A DNA stretch of 61,070 nt, the filler included. It is 7 parts of 7 records of this genome, joined end to end, with 100 filler letters (N's around TTAATTAATTAA, not from the genome) between each part and the next. Parts side by side here need not be neighbours in the genome. Positions count along the whole stretch, not along the records: positions 26,469 to 34,593 come from SRR31156797_29772; positions 34,694 to 42,172 come from SRR31156797_29776; 5 more parts are not named here. One strand, given 5' to 3'. Positions 30,485 through 40,631 of the stretch are shown here, one piece after another (the first letter of the stretch is position 1; the number at the start of each line of letters is the position of its first letter). The notes below the pieces were generated by a model. The model was not told the DNA's origin and did not search any database. It was given only the letters and a program-made list of their open reading frames with translations. Made by a program: the position numbers and the translations under genes.

Positions 30485-31216
30485 ATGAAAACAAAATGTC
30501 TCATTATCGACGATGAGCCTCTCGCACGTGATTTAATGCGAAGCCACATCGAAAAACTGGAAAATTTTGAAATTGTAGATGAATGCGGCGATGCCATGAA
30601 AGCCTTACATTCTCTTCAAAATAACGAAATCGATTTAATGTTTATGGATATTCAAATGCCCCAAATTACTGGCATTGAATTTCTTAAAACGTTAAAAAAT
30701 GCTCCTAAAGTAATTATAACTACAGCTTATCGCGAATATGCGCTCGAAGGTTTCGAGCTCGATGTGGTGGATTACTTATTAAAACCAATTACGTTTGAAA
30801 GGTTCTTGAAATCGGTGAATAAGTTTTATCAGATTTCGCAGGAAGAACAGCCGGTTGCAATGCAAACAGGGGCAACCATTCAAAACGACGAGGTTTTTAT
30901 TTATGTGAAAGAAAATAAAAAGGTAATTAAAGTTCATTTAAACGAAATTAACTACATCGAAGGATTAAGTGAATATGTTCAGATTTACACCGATAAACGA
31001 AAAATAATCACAAAAACCAGTATGACCAATATGGAAGAAAAACTTCCGGATAATGGATTTATGCGAATTCATAAATCGTTTATTATTTCTTTATCGAAAA
31101 TTGAAGCGTTTACATCGAGTAGTATTGAAGTGGCTGGAAAAGAGCTGCCTATCGGACGAAGTTATAAAAATTCGGTACTGGAAGCGCTGCATTGCCAGGG
31201 AAGTGTAACCATTTGA
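30485..31216 (+). CDS. LytTR-family response regulator
   Basis: IIDDEPLA, FMDIQMP, TTAY, DYLLKP; C-terminal FMRIHKSFII and LPIGRSYK. Confidence 0.96.
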   Translation: MKTKCLIIDDEPLARDLMRSHIEKLENFEIVDECGDAMKALHSLQNNEIDLMFMDIQMPQITGIEFLKTLKNAPKVIITTAYREYALEGFELDVVDYLLKPITFERFLKSVNKFYQISQEEQPVAMQTGATIQNDEVFIYVKENKKVIKVHLNEINYIEGLSEYVQIYTDKRKIITKTSMTNMEEKLPDNGFMRIHKSFIISLSKIEAFTSSSIEVAGKELPIGRSYKNSVLEALHCQGSVTI

Positions 31217-31219
31217 AAA

Positions 31220-31780
31220 TTATTTTTTAAGTTCCTCAAATAACCTCCAAAGTTTTAAAATGCCCTTTTCCGAAGATAGTGTTTTTACAGGGGAGAGCTT
31301 TAGGTATGTTTTTCTGATGTGATTAACGATGTTGCGAATATGCATTTCCTGAATTTTGCAATTGTATATTTGAAGTGCAATTACCGTTTTTAATGTAATT
31401 GCTTTTACCCGAATTGTATAAGGCGAATGTTTTGCCGGATGAATGTGGATAAAGCGAATGTTGTTCATTCCCTTTTTTATCAGCCATTCAGATTTGTCGC
31501 TGAGTGTTATTTTTTTGTATGCCGCCGGTTTCAGCCAATTTTCAAAAGTGTACAAATCGGTGCTGTTTTTGTTCCTGAAATATGTTATACTTTCTTCAAT
31601 TATTTCGTTTACTGTTAATTTGCCAATATAAAAATCGAGCAAATTATCGCCCATACATAAAAGCTCAGCTTCTGTATCTTTCCATTTCTCTCTTTTCCAT
31701 TTTTCTATTTTCGATAGTAGAAAACCAAAATGATGTTTATACGGATTAAATGTTATGGGTTTTGGAATTTCCGGTTGCAT
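31220..31780 (-). CDS. Hypothetical protein (186 aa)
   Basis: Clean ORF; motifs FNPYKHH, GDNLLDFYIG, LSDKSEW, FIHIHPAK. No function recognised. Confidence 0.7.
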   Translation of the reverse strand: MQPEIPKPITFNPYKHHFGFLLSKIEKWKREKWKDTEAELLCMGDNLLDFYIGKLTVNEIIEESITYFRNKNSTDLYTFENWLKPAAYKKITLSDKSEWLIKKGMNNIRFIHIHPAKHSPYTIRVKAITLKTVIALQIYNCKIQEMHIRNIVNHIRKTYLKLSPVKTLSSEKGILKLWRLFEELKK

Positions 31781-31829
31781 TTGCCTTCGAATTAAAACAT
31801 TTGAATAAATTTACCATAAAACCGTAAAT

Positions 31830-32639
31830 ATGGCTCTTTTACCAATACATAAATTTTTTGTTTTTAATGAAAAAGTTCAGCCAAATCATTTATTTGTTCC
31901 TTCCGAAAATGAGGGAGGAATTTATGAAGTATTGCGCGTGGTAGATGGAGTTCCATTATTTTTGGAAGACCATTTAACCCGATTTTATAATTCGGCGAAA
32001 ATAGCTGGTAAAACCATTCGGTTTTCAACAAACCAGTTGGAAGTTTTTCTAAACAGGTTAATTCGAAAAAATAAAGTTCTTAACGGGAACATGCTAATAT
32101 CATGCAAAATAAACCTGAAAGTTTTTTTTATTCCACATTCGTATCCGACTTTTGAGATGTATAAAAACGGAGTAGTTTGTGGTGTTTTAAAAGCCGAACG
32201 TGAAAATCCAAATGCAAAGGTTTTTCAAACATCGGTGCGGCAAAAGGCCAATAAATTAATTTCAGAAAAAGATTTTTATGAAGTGCTGTTAATCGATAAA
32301 AATAACCTGGTTACCGAAGGGAGCAGAAGTAATGTTTTTTTTATTCGCGATAATAAAATTTACACTCCTCCGGGCAAAGAAGTACTTTTAGGAATTACCC
32401 GGCAAAGGACAATTGAATTGGCAGAAGAATCAGGTTTTACTGTTTGCGAGGATGAAATTCAACTGGATAGTTTATCCACTTTTCAGGCAGCTTTTGTAAC
32501 CGGTACTTCCCCTAAAATACTTCCAATAAAAAAGGTAGAAAAGGTAGCGTTTAATCCTCGAAATGAAATACTACAGGTTCTTATTAATAAATTTAACGAT
32601 TTAATTGAAGAGTATATCTCAGAACGACAAGGAAGATAA
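31830..32639 (+). CDS. PLP-dependent aminotransferase class IV (IlvE/PabC/Dat family)
   Basis: IYEVLRV, EDHLTRF, TEGSRSNVFF, LLGITRQ, FVTGT. Confidence 0.88.
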   Translation: MALLPIHKFFVFNEKVQPNHLFVPSENEGGIYEVLRVVDGVPLFLEDHLTRFYNSAKIAGKTIRFSTNQLEVFLNRLIRKNKVLNGNMLISCKINLKVFFIPHSYPTFEMYKNGVVCGVLKAERENPNAKVFQTSVRQKANKLISEKDFYEVLLIDKNNLVTEGSRSNVFFIRDNKIYTPPGKEVLLGITRQRTIELAEESGFTVCEDEIQLDSLSTFQAAFVTGTSPKILPIKKVEKVAFNPRNEILQVLINKFNDLIEEYISERQGR

Positions 32640-32642
32640 GTA

Positions 32643-32677
32643 GGGATTCCATCTCTTTAAATTAAGATGGAATCTTT
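32643..32677. terminator. Hairpin between convergent genes (probable bidirectional terminator)
   Basis: GATTCCATCT...AGATGGAATC. Confidence 0.6.
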
Positions 32678-32695
32678 ATGTTTAAATAAAATTGA

Positions 32696-33856
32696 TTATA
32701 ATCTGTCTTTCAGAATTTTTTCAACCTGATTAAAATCAATATCCGATTTTTCTCCCAGTTTCATGTTTCGTTCTTTCATGCGTTGGGTAATTTTTCCAAT
32801 GGTTTCTTCCGGAACATTATATTCGGGCAGGGTAGTTGGCACACCCAGCGATTCGAAAAAGGCAATGGTTTTTTCAATGGCTTTATTAATTCGTTCATCG
32901 GCTGTTCCGGTATTAATTCCCCAAATGCGTTTTCCGTATTGAAGTATTTTGTCTTTTTTGTTTTCCCTTTTAATGTTCATTATTCCGGGTAAAACAATAG
33001 CAAGTGTTCGTCCATGATCTATGCCATGGAGGGCCGTTAATTCATGTCCAATCATGTGTGTAGCCCAGTCTTGCGGAACACCGGTTGCAATTAATCCGTT
33101 CAAAGCCATAGTTGCGCTCCACATAAAATTTGCAGCAGCATTGTAATCTTTTCGATTGGCCAGAACTTTCGGCCCTTCTTCAATCAGTGTAGTTAAAATA
33201 CTTTCGGCAAACCGATCCTGAATTGGCGAATTAACCGGAAAAGTAAGGTATTGTTCCAGAACGTGAATAAATGCATCGACTACACCATTTGCTACCTGTT
33301 TATCGGGGAGAGTAAATACGCATTCGGGATCGAGAACAGAGAACCGGGGCATAACTTTTGGAGAACCAAATGCCATTTTTTCTTTGGTTTCGGCCTTGGT
33401 AATTACCGAATTGCCATTCATTTCAGAACCGGTGGCGGGAAGCGTTAAAACCGCTCCAATTGGCAACGCTTCTTTTACTTCGATTGTATAACGTTGCGAT
33501 AAAAAATCCCAGGGATCGTTTCCTTTGTATAACGCCCCGGCTGCAATAAATTTGGTTGCATCTAAAACCGATCCTCCACCAACAGAAAGTAAAAAATCAA
33601 TGTTTTCTTTTTTTACTACTTCAATTGCTTTCATGCAGGTTTCGTAATGTGGATTAGCTTCAATTCCTCCAAATTCAAAAAGTTGAATGTCTTTTAACGC
33701 ACTTTTTATCTGGTTGTAAACTCCCGTTTTTTTGATGCTTCCTCCTCCATACGTCATTAAAATTCTGGCATCTTTAGGAATTTCATTTGCTACATTTGGA
33801 ATTGTTCCTTTTCCAAAAATTATCTTTACCGGATTCTTGTATTCAAAATTATACAT
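32696..33856 (-). CDS. Iron-containing alcohol dehydrogenase (YqhD / butanol dehydrogenase-like)
   Basis: YGGGSIK, VGGGSVLD, TLPATGSEMN, DAFIHVLEQY, THMIGHELTALHGIDHG. Confidence 0.92.
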   Translation of the reverse strand: MYNFEYKNPVKIIFGKGTIPNVANEIPKDARILMTYGGGSIKKTGVYNQIKSALKDIQLFEFGGIEANPHYETCMKAIEVVKKENIDFLLSVGGGSVLDATKFIAAGALYKGNDPWDFLSQRYTIEVKEALPIGAVLTLPATGSEMNGNSVITKAETKEKMAFGSPKVMPRFSVLDPECVFTLPDKQVANGVVDAFIHVLEQYLTFPVNSPIQDRFAESILTTLIEEGPKVLANRKDYNAAANFMWSATMALNGLIATGVPQDWATHMIGHELTALHGIDHGRTLAIVLPGIMNIKRENKKDKILQYGKRIWGINTGTADERINKAIEKTIAFFESLGVPTTLPEYNVPEETIGKITQRMKERNMKLGEKSDIDFNQVEKILKDRL

Positions 33857-33937
33857 GATATTTAAATGATTTGGTTTCTATTCTTATTTTGAAGTAAACG
33901 TAAAAAAAATAATATTTGAACATTAAAAGTATTTTAA

Positions 33938-34531
33938 ATGCGAAAAAAATCAAAAAATAATATTCAAGAAAATCCAGATTTTGTTCGTCTGATTCCGGAA
34001 TATAGCGATGAGGAAATTCTGAATATATTAAAAAAGAGAAAACATTATCAGCCCGAAGCAGTAGACCTGGCAATAAAAGAGGCTGTTAAAAGAGAATTAA
34101 TTCATTCCGAACAAGATCTGTTTTCTAAAGAGTTTCAGGAAAACCCGTTAAAAAAATCACTGTTTCCGGAAATCGAAAATGAAAAAAGCAGAAAAAAAAT
34201 TATAAAAAGTATTGCTCGCGGCTTATTAATATCTGGAGTTATTCCAACCATTTTTGGATTTCTCAAGATAAATGAGGGAAATATTCTTGAAGGGGGAATT
34301 TTAATTCTCGGTGGATTTCTTTGGATAATCCTGGCGACTCAACTTATAAGAGAAGTTAGTAAAACAGTTATTAATTCTTTTTACTTTTTATTTTTTGTTG
34401 CCGCAATTTTTTCTGTTAAACTTTTATTGACTAAACCCGATTTAATTTTTATGGATGTGTTTATTCTGGTAGTAATTTTCTGCCTTCTATTTTACGGTTT
34501 GACTTATATTCATCGGCTTAGTTTTAAGTAA
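33938..34531 (+). CDS. Hypothetical membrane protein (soluble N-terminus, about 4 TM)
   Basis: ORF with a hydrophobic C-terminal half. Confidence 0.7.
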   Translation: MRKKSKNNIQENPDFVRLIPEYSDEEILNILKKRKHYQPEAVDLAIKEAVKRELIHSEQDLFSKEFQENPLKKSLFPEIENEKSRKKIIKSIARGLLISGVIPTIFGFLKINEGNILEGGILILGGFLWIILATQLIREVSKTVINSFYFLFFVAAIFSVKLLLTKPDLIFMDVFILVVIFCLLFYGLTYIHRLSFK

Positions 34532-34593
34532 ATTGTGGAGTTGTAAAATAAATGAAATCTTTAATTCGTCTATTAAATACATCAGTTTATCGA

Positions 34594-34693
34594 NNNNNNN
34601 NNNNNNNNNNNNNNNNNNNNNNNNNNNNNNNNNNNNNTTAATTAATTAANNNNNNNNNNNNNNNNNNNNNNNNNNNNNNNNNNNNNNNNNNNN
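34594..34693. other. Artificial contig spacer
   Basis: N44-TTAATTAATTAA-N44. Confidence 0.99.
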
Positions 34694-35422
34694 GAGCTGC
34701 TGGATCTGCCTGCTCAGGTTGCCGTGGGTGAGTTCCGCGCCCTTGGAAAGCCCGGTGGTGCCGCCGGTGTACTGGAGCATGGCCGTGTCGCTGAACGCGA
34801 GTTTGGGCTGCCTGGCAAGGGGGCCGGCCTGTTTGATGAGATGCTTCCAGGAATGGAGACGGTCTGCATTGGTGACCTTGGCCGCAAGCTTCTGTTTCTT
34901 TGCCACCAGGGGAAAGAGGAGGTTCTTGGGAAAGGGCAGGTAGTCGCCGATGGAGGTGTAGATGATATGCCGGATGGCGGTCTCTTTCCTCAGGGCCACC
35001 ATCCGGTCCGCCAGCAGATCCAGGGTGACGAGGAGGACCGCGTTGGAATCGTTGAACTGGTGGCGCAGTTCCGTGTCCGAATAGAGGGGATTGTTCATCA
35101 CGGCCACGGCGCCGATCTTGAGCGTTCCATAGTAGGCGACCACGCAGGGGATCACGTTGGGCAGGAGAATGGCCACCCGGTCTCCCTTTTTGATGCCCAG
35201 GGTCAGGAGGGTTGCGGCAAAGGCGTCCACCATGGCGCTTAAGTTTTTGTAGCTGAGGTCATACCCCATGAACGAGAGGGCCATGGCGTCGGGCCGCTCC
35301 TCGGCGCTGTGCTCGAGAAATTCGGGCAGGGTTCGGTTGTCATAGTTTACCTTTTCCGGAACGCCGGTGTCGTAGTGGGCCAGCCACGGCTTTAGCGAGT
35401 AGGGATCGATATCGGTCTTCAT
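34694..35422 (-). CDS. Long-chain fatty acid-CoA ligase (FadD-like); 3'-partial
   Basis: GDRVAILLPN, NPLY, AMP-binding LQYTGGTTGLSKG; RBS AGGAGG. Confidence 0.9.
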
Positions 35423-35776
35423 CTTCAGCCTCCTTTGTCTTCGCGATTATCGTCAAGTATTCCTGTGCTGTTGAAAACATGGCCTTGGGATTTAAGCTAA
35501 CTAAACTGTCCGGTGGATCTTGATGCCGCCGGTAATCTAACTGATCGAAATGAATGAATAATTGATTGGGGCCCCTTGCTTGTGGCAGGTCTGCCTGCCG
35601 CCAGCTAAATCAGAAAAGTGAACCCGATGAAATGGATCATACCTTGATCCTCCCTTATAATCAACAGATATCCCCGGATACGTTCGCAATTTCAGGACCG
35701 GCTCCCATGGGATGGTTCTTCAGGGAAAGCGCCTGACCCAACGACGTCCTCTTTTCCTGGTTGCAACGCCACCCAC

Positions 35777-35798
35777 CGTTACATAACGTTATGTAACG
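35777..35798. promoter_or_regulatory. Perfect 22-bp palindrome, probable transcription-factor site
   Basis: CGTTACATAAC|GTTATGTAACG in the divergent intergenic region. Confidence 0.6.
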
Positions 35799-35889
35799 CC
35801 ATCCCTCCCGAAAGAAGTCAATTTGATGCCTGCTTCATACTCCCTGTTATTACGGCCTGTTAGAAAATATCGGGTTCAATCCAAAGGGC

Positions 35890-35905
35890 TGGCCTGTCCT
35901 TTGCT
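35890..35905 (+). promoter_or_regulatory. Sigma54 (-24/-12) promoter for the porin gene
   Basis: TGGCCTGTCCTTTGCT has exact GG-N10-GC spacing, about 80 nt upstream of the porin ATG. Confidence 0.6.
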
Positions 35906-35986
35906 ATGGCTTGTTTCCCAGGATGAACCTCAGTTAAAGGGACTGATGTTTGTATGGTTATCTACAAAGCTGAAGGAGAGAAAAAG

Positions 35987-37444
35987 ATGAAAAAATGTGA
36001 AAGAGCGACACTGCGACCGTTGATCCGCATATCGGCCATCGCCATGCTGCTGGCCGCCATCGTGGCGATCAGTCCGTTGAGCGCGACAGCCATGACCTTT
36101 GACGCCGGCGAGATGGGAAAGATGAAGGTGAGCGGGGCCATCAAGGCAAGCTTTGGCGCGACCCAATACCTTGATTTCGTCGATAACAACACCAAGGGCG
36201 ATGATTCGGATTTCGATGGGACAAGGGAGCTGAGCCTTAAGCTTGACTGGATCGTGAACAGTCGCCTGAAAGGCGTTGCAAGCTTTCAGATTGGAGAAGG
36301 GTCCACGGGCGGTTATTTCGGCTCCACCGATGCCGCTGTGGGGGGAGAGGAGGACGGGGATCTCGTCTTTGAGCTTGATAAGCTCTATATCGATTTTACG
36401 ACCGATGGCGGCCTGAACTTCAAAATCGGTTCCCAGGGCTTTTGCCTCAATGAGATCGGCTACGGCTCCAACCTGTTCTATGAAACCCCGGCCGGTATCA
36501 CCCTGGCGGCGCCCCTGTCCCATATGGCATCCCTGGAGGCCGGCTGGTTCAGGATGGCGGATCTCATGGATGACTCTGAGCACAACACCGACGACCAGGC
36601 GGATTTCCTGTTTGCCAAACTGCCCCTCACGACGGGCGTTGTCAAGCTGACCCCATGGGCGGCCTATGCCAACATCCAGGAAGATGTGATCGACACCTCT
36701 GATCCGGGGAATTTCTGGAGCTACGCCTATTTTGACTATCCCGCGTTCCTCACCGGAGCCAACAGCGCCGTGGGCAATGCCAACCCCACGGATGACGTAA
36801 CCGCATACTACCTGGGCGCCAGCATCGAGTTATCCCCTAACGACAGCCTTTCCATCACGGCCAGCGCAACCTATGGAGACATGGACTGGGAAACGGCCAA
36901 TGTGGATGCCAGCATCGCGGGTTTTTTCACCGATCTTGTGGTTGACTACAAGATGGGGTTCATGACCCCTGAGTTCTTTGCATTTTACGGGAACGGCCCG
37001 GATGAGAATGATGATGACTTTGACATGATGCCGGTCCTTATCGGCGGTCCCACCTACACCACCTCCTACTTCGGCGGCTCCCGGTTTAACGACAACATGT
37101 TCGATTCCTATGATGCCTGCTATGCAACATCCATGTGGGCGGTGGGATTCAAGCTCAAAGAGATTGCAACAGGCGATAAGCTCACCCATGAGTTCCAGAT
37201 CATGTACGCTGAGGGGACTGCCGACGACGCCCTGTTCCAGTCCCCGGACGATATCCTCATGAACGAAGATGAGAGCCTTGTGGAGGTTAACTTCAATTCC
37301 GAATACCAGGTGATGAAGCACCTGGTGGTTGCAACGGAACTGGGGTATATCGCCTTTGACGAAGACAGCGATTACAACGAGGCCGTCAACGGCGATGTGG
37401 AAGATCTCTGGAAGATCGCTTGTGCCATCGAGCTGAGCTTCTGA
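35987..37444 (+). CDS. Outer-membrane porin (Desulfobacterota homotrimeric type), very acidic
   Basis: RBS GAAGGAG, signal peptide, LKGVASFQIG and LYIDF beta-strands, terminal ELSF. Confidence 0.75.
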   Translation: MKKCERATLRPLIRISAIAMLLAAIVAISPLSATAMTFDAGEMGKMKVSGAIKASFGATQYLDFVDNNTKGDDSDFDGTRELSLKLDWIVNSRLKGVASFQIGEGSTGGYFGSTDAAVGGEEDGDLVFELDKLYIDFTTDGGLNFKIGSQGFCLNEIGYGSNLFYETPAGITLAAPLSHMASLEAGWFRMADLMDDSEHNTDDQADFLFAKLPLTTGVVKLTPWAAYANIQEDVIDTSDPGNFWSYAYFDYPAFLTGANSAVGNANPTDDVTAYYLGASIELSPNDSLSITASATYGDMDWETANVDASIAGFFTDLVVDYKMGFMTPEFFAFYGNGPDENDDDFDMMPVLIGGPTYTTSYFGGSRFNDNMFDSYDACYATSMWAVGFKLKEIATGDKLTHEFQIMYAEGTADDALFQSPDDILMNEDESLVEVNFNSEYQVMKHLVVATELGYIAFDEDSDYNEAVNGDVEDLWKIACAIELSF

Positions 37445-37596
37445 CCCGGCTTGACCCGCGGCAGTCTCCCCGGTATAGTAATTTTACGACATTTCACAGG
37501 CTGCCGTAAGCCGGGTTTCATGGAATCGTGTCAGCCGGAGCCCCCCTCCGGCTGACATATTTGCAAAAACAGATGGCCGACAACCGGGATACCGCC

Positions 37597-40137
37597 ATGG
37601 AGAAAAAAAGACCCCTCTATTTTTGGGTGCTCAAGCGGCACCGCCTCTGGCAAGCGTCCATACTGGTGCTGATCCTATTGAGCATCTCCCTGCAGATTCT
37701 TCCTTTAGAGCTGCAGAAACGCATTGTCAATATTGCCATCACGTCCGGAGATGTCGGGCTTCTTATCCGCTACTCCCTTGGGTTCCTGGTCTCATTCATC
37801 GGTTTTGGCATCCTTAAATTCATCATCAACATGATGCAGGCGCAACTGGGGCAGACGATTTTGTTCGAGATTCGCAGGGAACTCTACGGCCACCTCTTGC
37901 AGCTGCCCCTGCATTTTTTCCGGGACCATCCCCCGGGAACGGTGATCAACGCCCTGTCCGGAGAGCTTTCAAGCGTGGGGCATTTCATCGGCACGGCATT
38001 GACGGTTCCCGTTACCCTGGGGCTGACACTGGTGGGCTTTGGCGCCTATATGGTGTACCTGAACCCTTTGCTTGCGGCCGTAAGCCTTTCCATTTACCCT
38101 GTGGAACTCTTTTTAATCCCCTGGCTCCAGAAGCGTTACAATGTTCATAACCGCCGCCGGATCAACACCCAGCGCAGGATGAGCGACAAAATAGACGAAT
38201 CCGTGTCCGGCATTGTGGAGATCCAGGGCAATGCCCTGTTTCCCCATGAGCAGAAGCGCTTTGAATCGTTTGCCGCCTCCCTGGTGGCGACCATGAAGCA
38301 GCTTTTTGCCATCAAGTACGGCATCAAAATGATCAACAACCTGTTTCAAAACTTTGGACCGTTTCTCCTCTTCATCCTGGGGGGCTTTCTGACCATCCAG
38401 GGCGAATTTTCCCTGGGGTCCCTCATCGCCTGCCTCTCGGCCTACGGAAAGGTGTATGATCCCTGGAAGGAGATGATCGAGTTTTACCAGGCCCACCAGG
38501 ATGCCGTGGTGCGCTATAACCGTGTGATGGAGACCTTCAGCCTTCAGCCTGATTTTTTGATCGCCCCCGGGGACCGCGGCATCGTCACCCTCAAGGGAGA
38601 GATCAAGGTGCGGCATCTCAGCTACGCCACCCCCAACGACGTCGAACTGCTCCATGACATCTCGTTCGACCTTCAACCCGGGGAGCACATGGCCATCGTG
38701 GGATTCTCCGGCAGCGGCAAGAGCACCCTTGCCATGATCCTGGGCCAGCTTTATGCCTACCGGAAGGGAGAGCTCCTGTTTGACGGCCACCACCTGAACC
38801 GGCTCACCAAAAAGGATATCAGCTGCAACATGGGCTATGTCCCCCAGCATCCATACCTTTTCGACACCAGCGTGGGGGAGAATATCATGCTGGAAACAGG
38901 GGCGGATGGTCCCTCCGGCCCGCCGGGAGAAGCCCTCCTTGAAGCCGTGGGGTTGACGGACGACATTCTCCGTTTTGCCCTTGAGAACAGGCTGAAGCCC
39001 TCCCGGGAAAAGCAGCTGGGGGAACGGATCATTCAATTCAGATGGACCCTCAGGCGCTCCCTTGATTCTGAGCTCTACGATAGGATCGAGCTCTTTGATG
39101 CCACCCGGTTTCTCAACCATACCGACCTCTATGAGAACCTGGTGTTCAGCGACCGGCTGGGCAAGGACCTGGCCCGGGAGACAATTGCCGAAAACAGGGC
39201 GTTTCGCAGTTTCCTCGACACTTTTGGCCTGGATGACGCCCTTGTCCGGCTGGGCTGCCAGATTGCCCGCCAATCGGCATTTTTGCTGAAAAATCTTGCG
39301 GACGACCCCTCGTTCTTCAAGGCCACCCCCATTGCCATCAATGAGATGGCCCACTATGAAACCGTTGTGGAACGCTATCCGGACGGAGACCCCGGGGCCA
39401 TGCGCCCACGGGACAAGACCCTTTTTCTCTCCCTGGCCCTGACCTACGTGCCGGCCAGGCACAAGGTCGCGGCCGTGCCGGGGCGGATGCGGGAAACCAT
39501 CGTGTCATTTCGCAAGGCGTTCCTGGATCGCTTCATCCAGATCGATTTTGATCAATGTACCCGTTCCATGGACGCCCTCCGGGCCGGCAAGCCCATGGAC
39601 AAGGATCCCCTCACCTTTGGAAATGGAACCGATGCCGTGTTTTGTCCCGGGGAGTACCTTCCATCCAAGTCCGTGCTGGAAAACCTGCTGTTCGGATGCG
39701 TAAAAACAGAATACGCCTCCACCTATCCCCGGATCCGGGCCGCCGTGATCAAGGTATTGAAGAGCGAGCCCGGGATGTATGCCGAACTGATCGGTACCGG
39801 GCTTGATTTCAGGGTGGGCAGCAAAGGAGAGCGGCTCTCCGGGGGGCAGAAGCAGAAACTCGCTCTTGCCAGGGCCTTTGGAAAACAACCGCCGATTCTC
39901 ATCCTTGACGAGGCAACCGCAAGCCTTGACAATGTCTCCCAGAAAAAGGTGCAGGACTATATCACGGATCACCTCAAGGGGCGCTGTACGGTGATTTCGG
40001 TCATTCACAGAACCGATCTGCTCCCCTTTTATGATAAAATTATTGTGCTGAAGGAAGGAAAGTTGGTAGAGATGGGGAAATACCGGGATCTGATGGAAAA
40101 GAAGGAATCCTTTTATGAGCTTGTGCAGGGCAGGTGA
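37597..40137 (+). CDS. ABC exporter (TMD-NBD fusion) with a large insertion inside the nucleotide-binding domain; alternative start 37573
   Basis: Six-TM ABC membrane domain; Walker A GFSGSGKS (38701), Q-loop VPQHP, signature LSGGQKQK only at about 39835, Walker B ILDEAT, H-loop IHR. Confidence 0.88.
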   Translation: MEKKRPLYFWVLKRHRLWQASILVLILLSISLQILPLELQKRIVNIAITSGDVGLLIRYSLGFLVSFIGFGILKFIINMMQAQLGQTILFEIRRELYGHLLQLPLHFFRDHPPGTVINALSGELSSVGHFIGTALTVPVTLGLTLVGFGAYMVYLNPLLAAVSLSIYPVELFLIPWLQKRYNVHNRRRINTQRRMSDKIDESVSGIVEIQGNALFPHEQKRFESFAASLVATMKQLFAIKYGIKMINNLFQNFGPFLLFILGGFLTIQGEFSLGSLIACLSAYGKVYDPWKEMIEFYQAHQDAVVRYNRVMETFSLQPDFLIAPGDRGIVTLKGEIKVRHLSYATPNDVELLHDISFDLQPGEHMAIVGFSGSGKSTLAMILGQLYAYRKGELLFDGHHLNRLTKKDISCNMGYVPQHPYLFDTSVGENIMLETGADGPSGPPGEALLEAVGLTDDILRFALENRLKPSREKQLGERIIQFRWTLRRSLDSELYDRIELFDATRFLNHTDLYENLVFSDRLGKDLARETIAENRAFRSFLDTFGLDDALVRLGCQIARQSAFLLKNLADDPSFFKATPIAINEMAHYETVVERYPDGDPGAMRPRDKTLFLSLALTYVPARHKVAAVPGRMRETIVSFRKAFLDRFIQIDFDQCTRSMDALRAGKPMDKDPLTFGNGTDAVFCPGEYLPSKSVLENLLFGCVKTEYASTYPRIRAAVIKVLKSEPGMYAELIGTGLDFRVGSKGERLSGGQKQKLALARAFGKQPPILILDEATASLDNVSQKKVQDYITDHLKGRCTVISVIHRTDLLPFYDKIIVLKEGKLVEMGKYRDLMEKKESFYELVQGR

Positions 40138-40141
40138 CACC

Positions 40142-40612
40142 ATGGACAGTCAACACCAGGAAAGCGTTATTGAACAGAACCTGAACATACTCAGGGGCGT
40201 ACCGGCATTCAGTCATCTGGAGTATGACATCCTCAGCCTGTTTGCCCTGGTGGCTGACCGGAAAAAGTATTCCCGGGATGAGATCATCTTTGCCAAGGGC
40301 GATCTTCTCAACACGGCGTTTATCATCATCCGGGGAGAGGTGGAGCTGTTTATCGGGCCCCGGGACCGGAGAAACAGCCTGGAGCGCCTGGGCCCGGGCA
40401 ATTTTTTCGGCTACATGGCGCTCCTGGCGGAAATACGGTCCAACCTGGGCGCCTGCGCCCTTTCCCATTGCGAGCTTTTGACCTTGGACAGGAAGAATTT
40501 CCGCAGGGTGATGATCCGTCACCCGGAAAGCTGCATCACCATCGTGGAAAAGCTGATCCAGGCCCGCATGCAGCGCATGGACAGCCACATGAAGATTCTG
40601 CTTGAATCCTGA
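40142..40612 (+). CDS. Stand-alone cyclic-nucleotide-binding domain protein
   Basis: LRGVPAFSHL, IIFAKGD, FIIIRGEV, LGPGNFFGYMALL...RS; no HTH; starts 4 nt after the ABC stop. Confidence 0.85.
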   Translation: MDSQHQESVIEQNLNILRGVPAFSHLEYDILSLFALVADRKKYSRDEIIFAKGDLLNTAFIIIRGEVELFIGPRDRRNSLERLGPGNFFGYMALLAEIRSNLGACALSHCELLTLDRKNFRRVMIRHPESCITIVEKLIQARMQRMDSHMKILLES

Positions 40613-40631
40613 GCCTGCCGGAAGACCGGGG

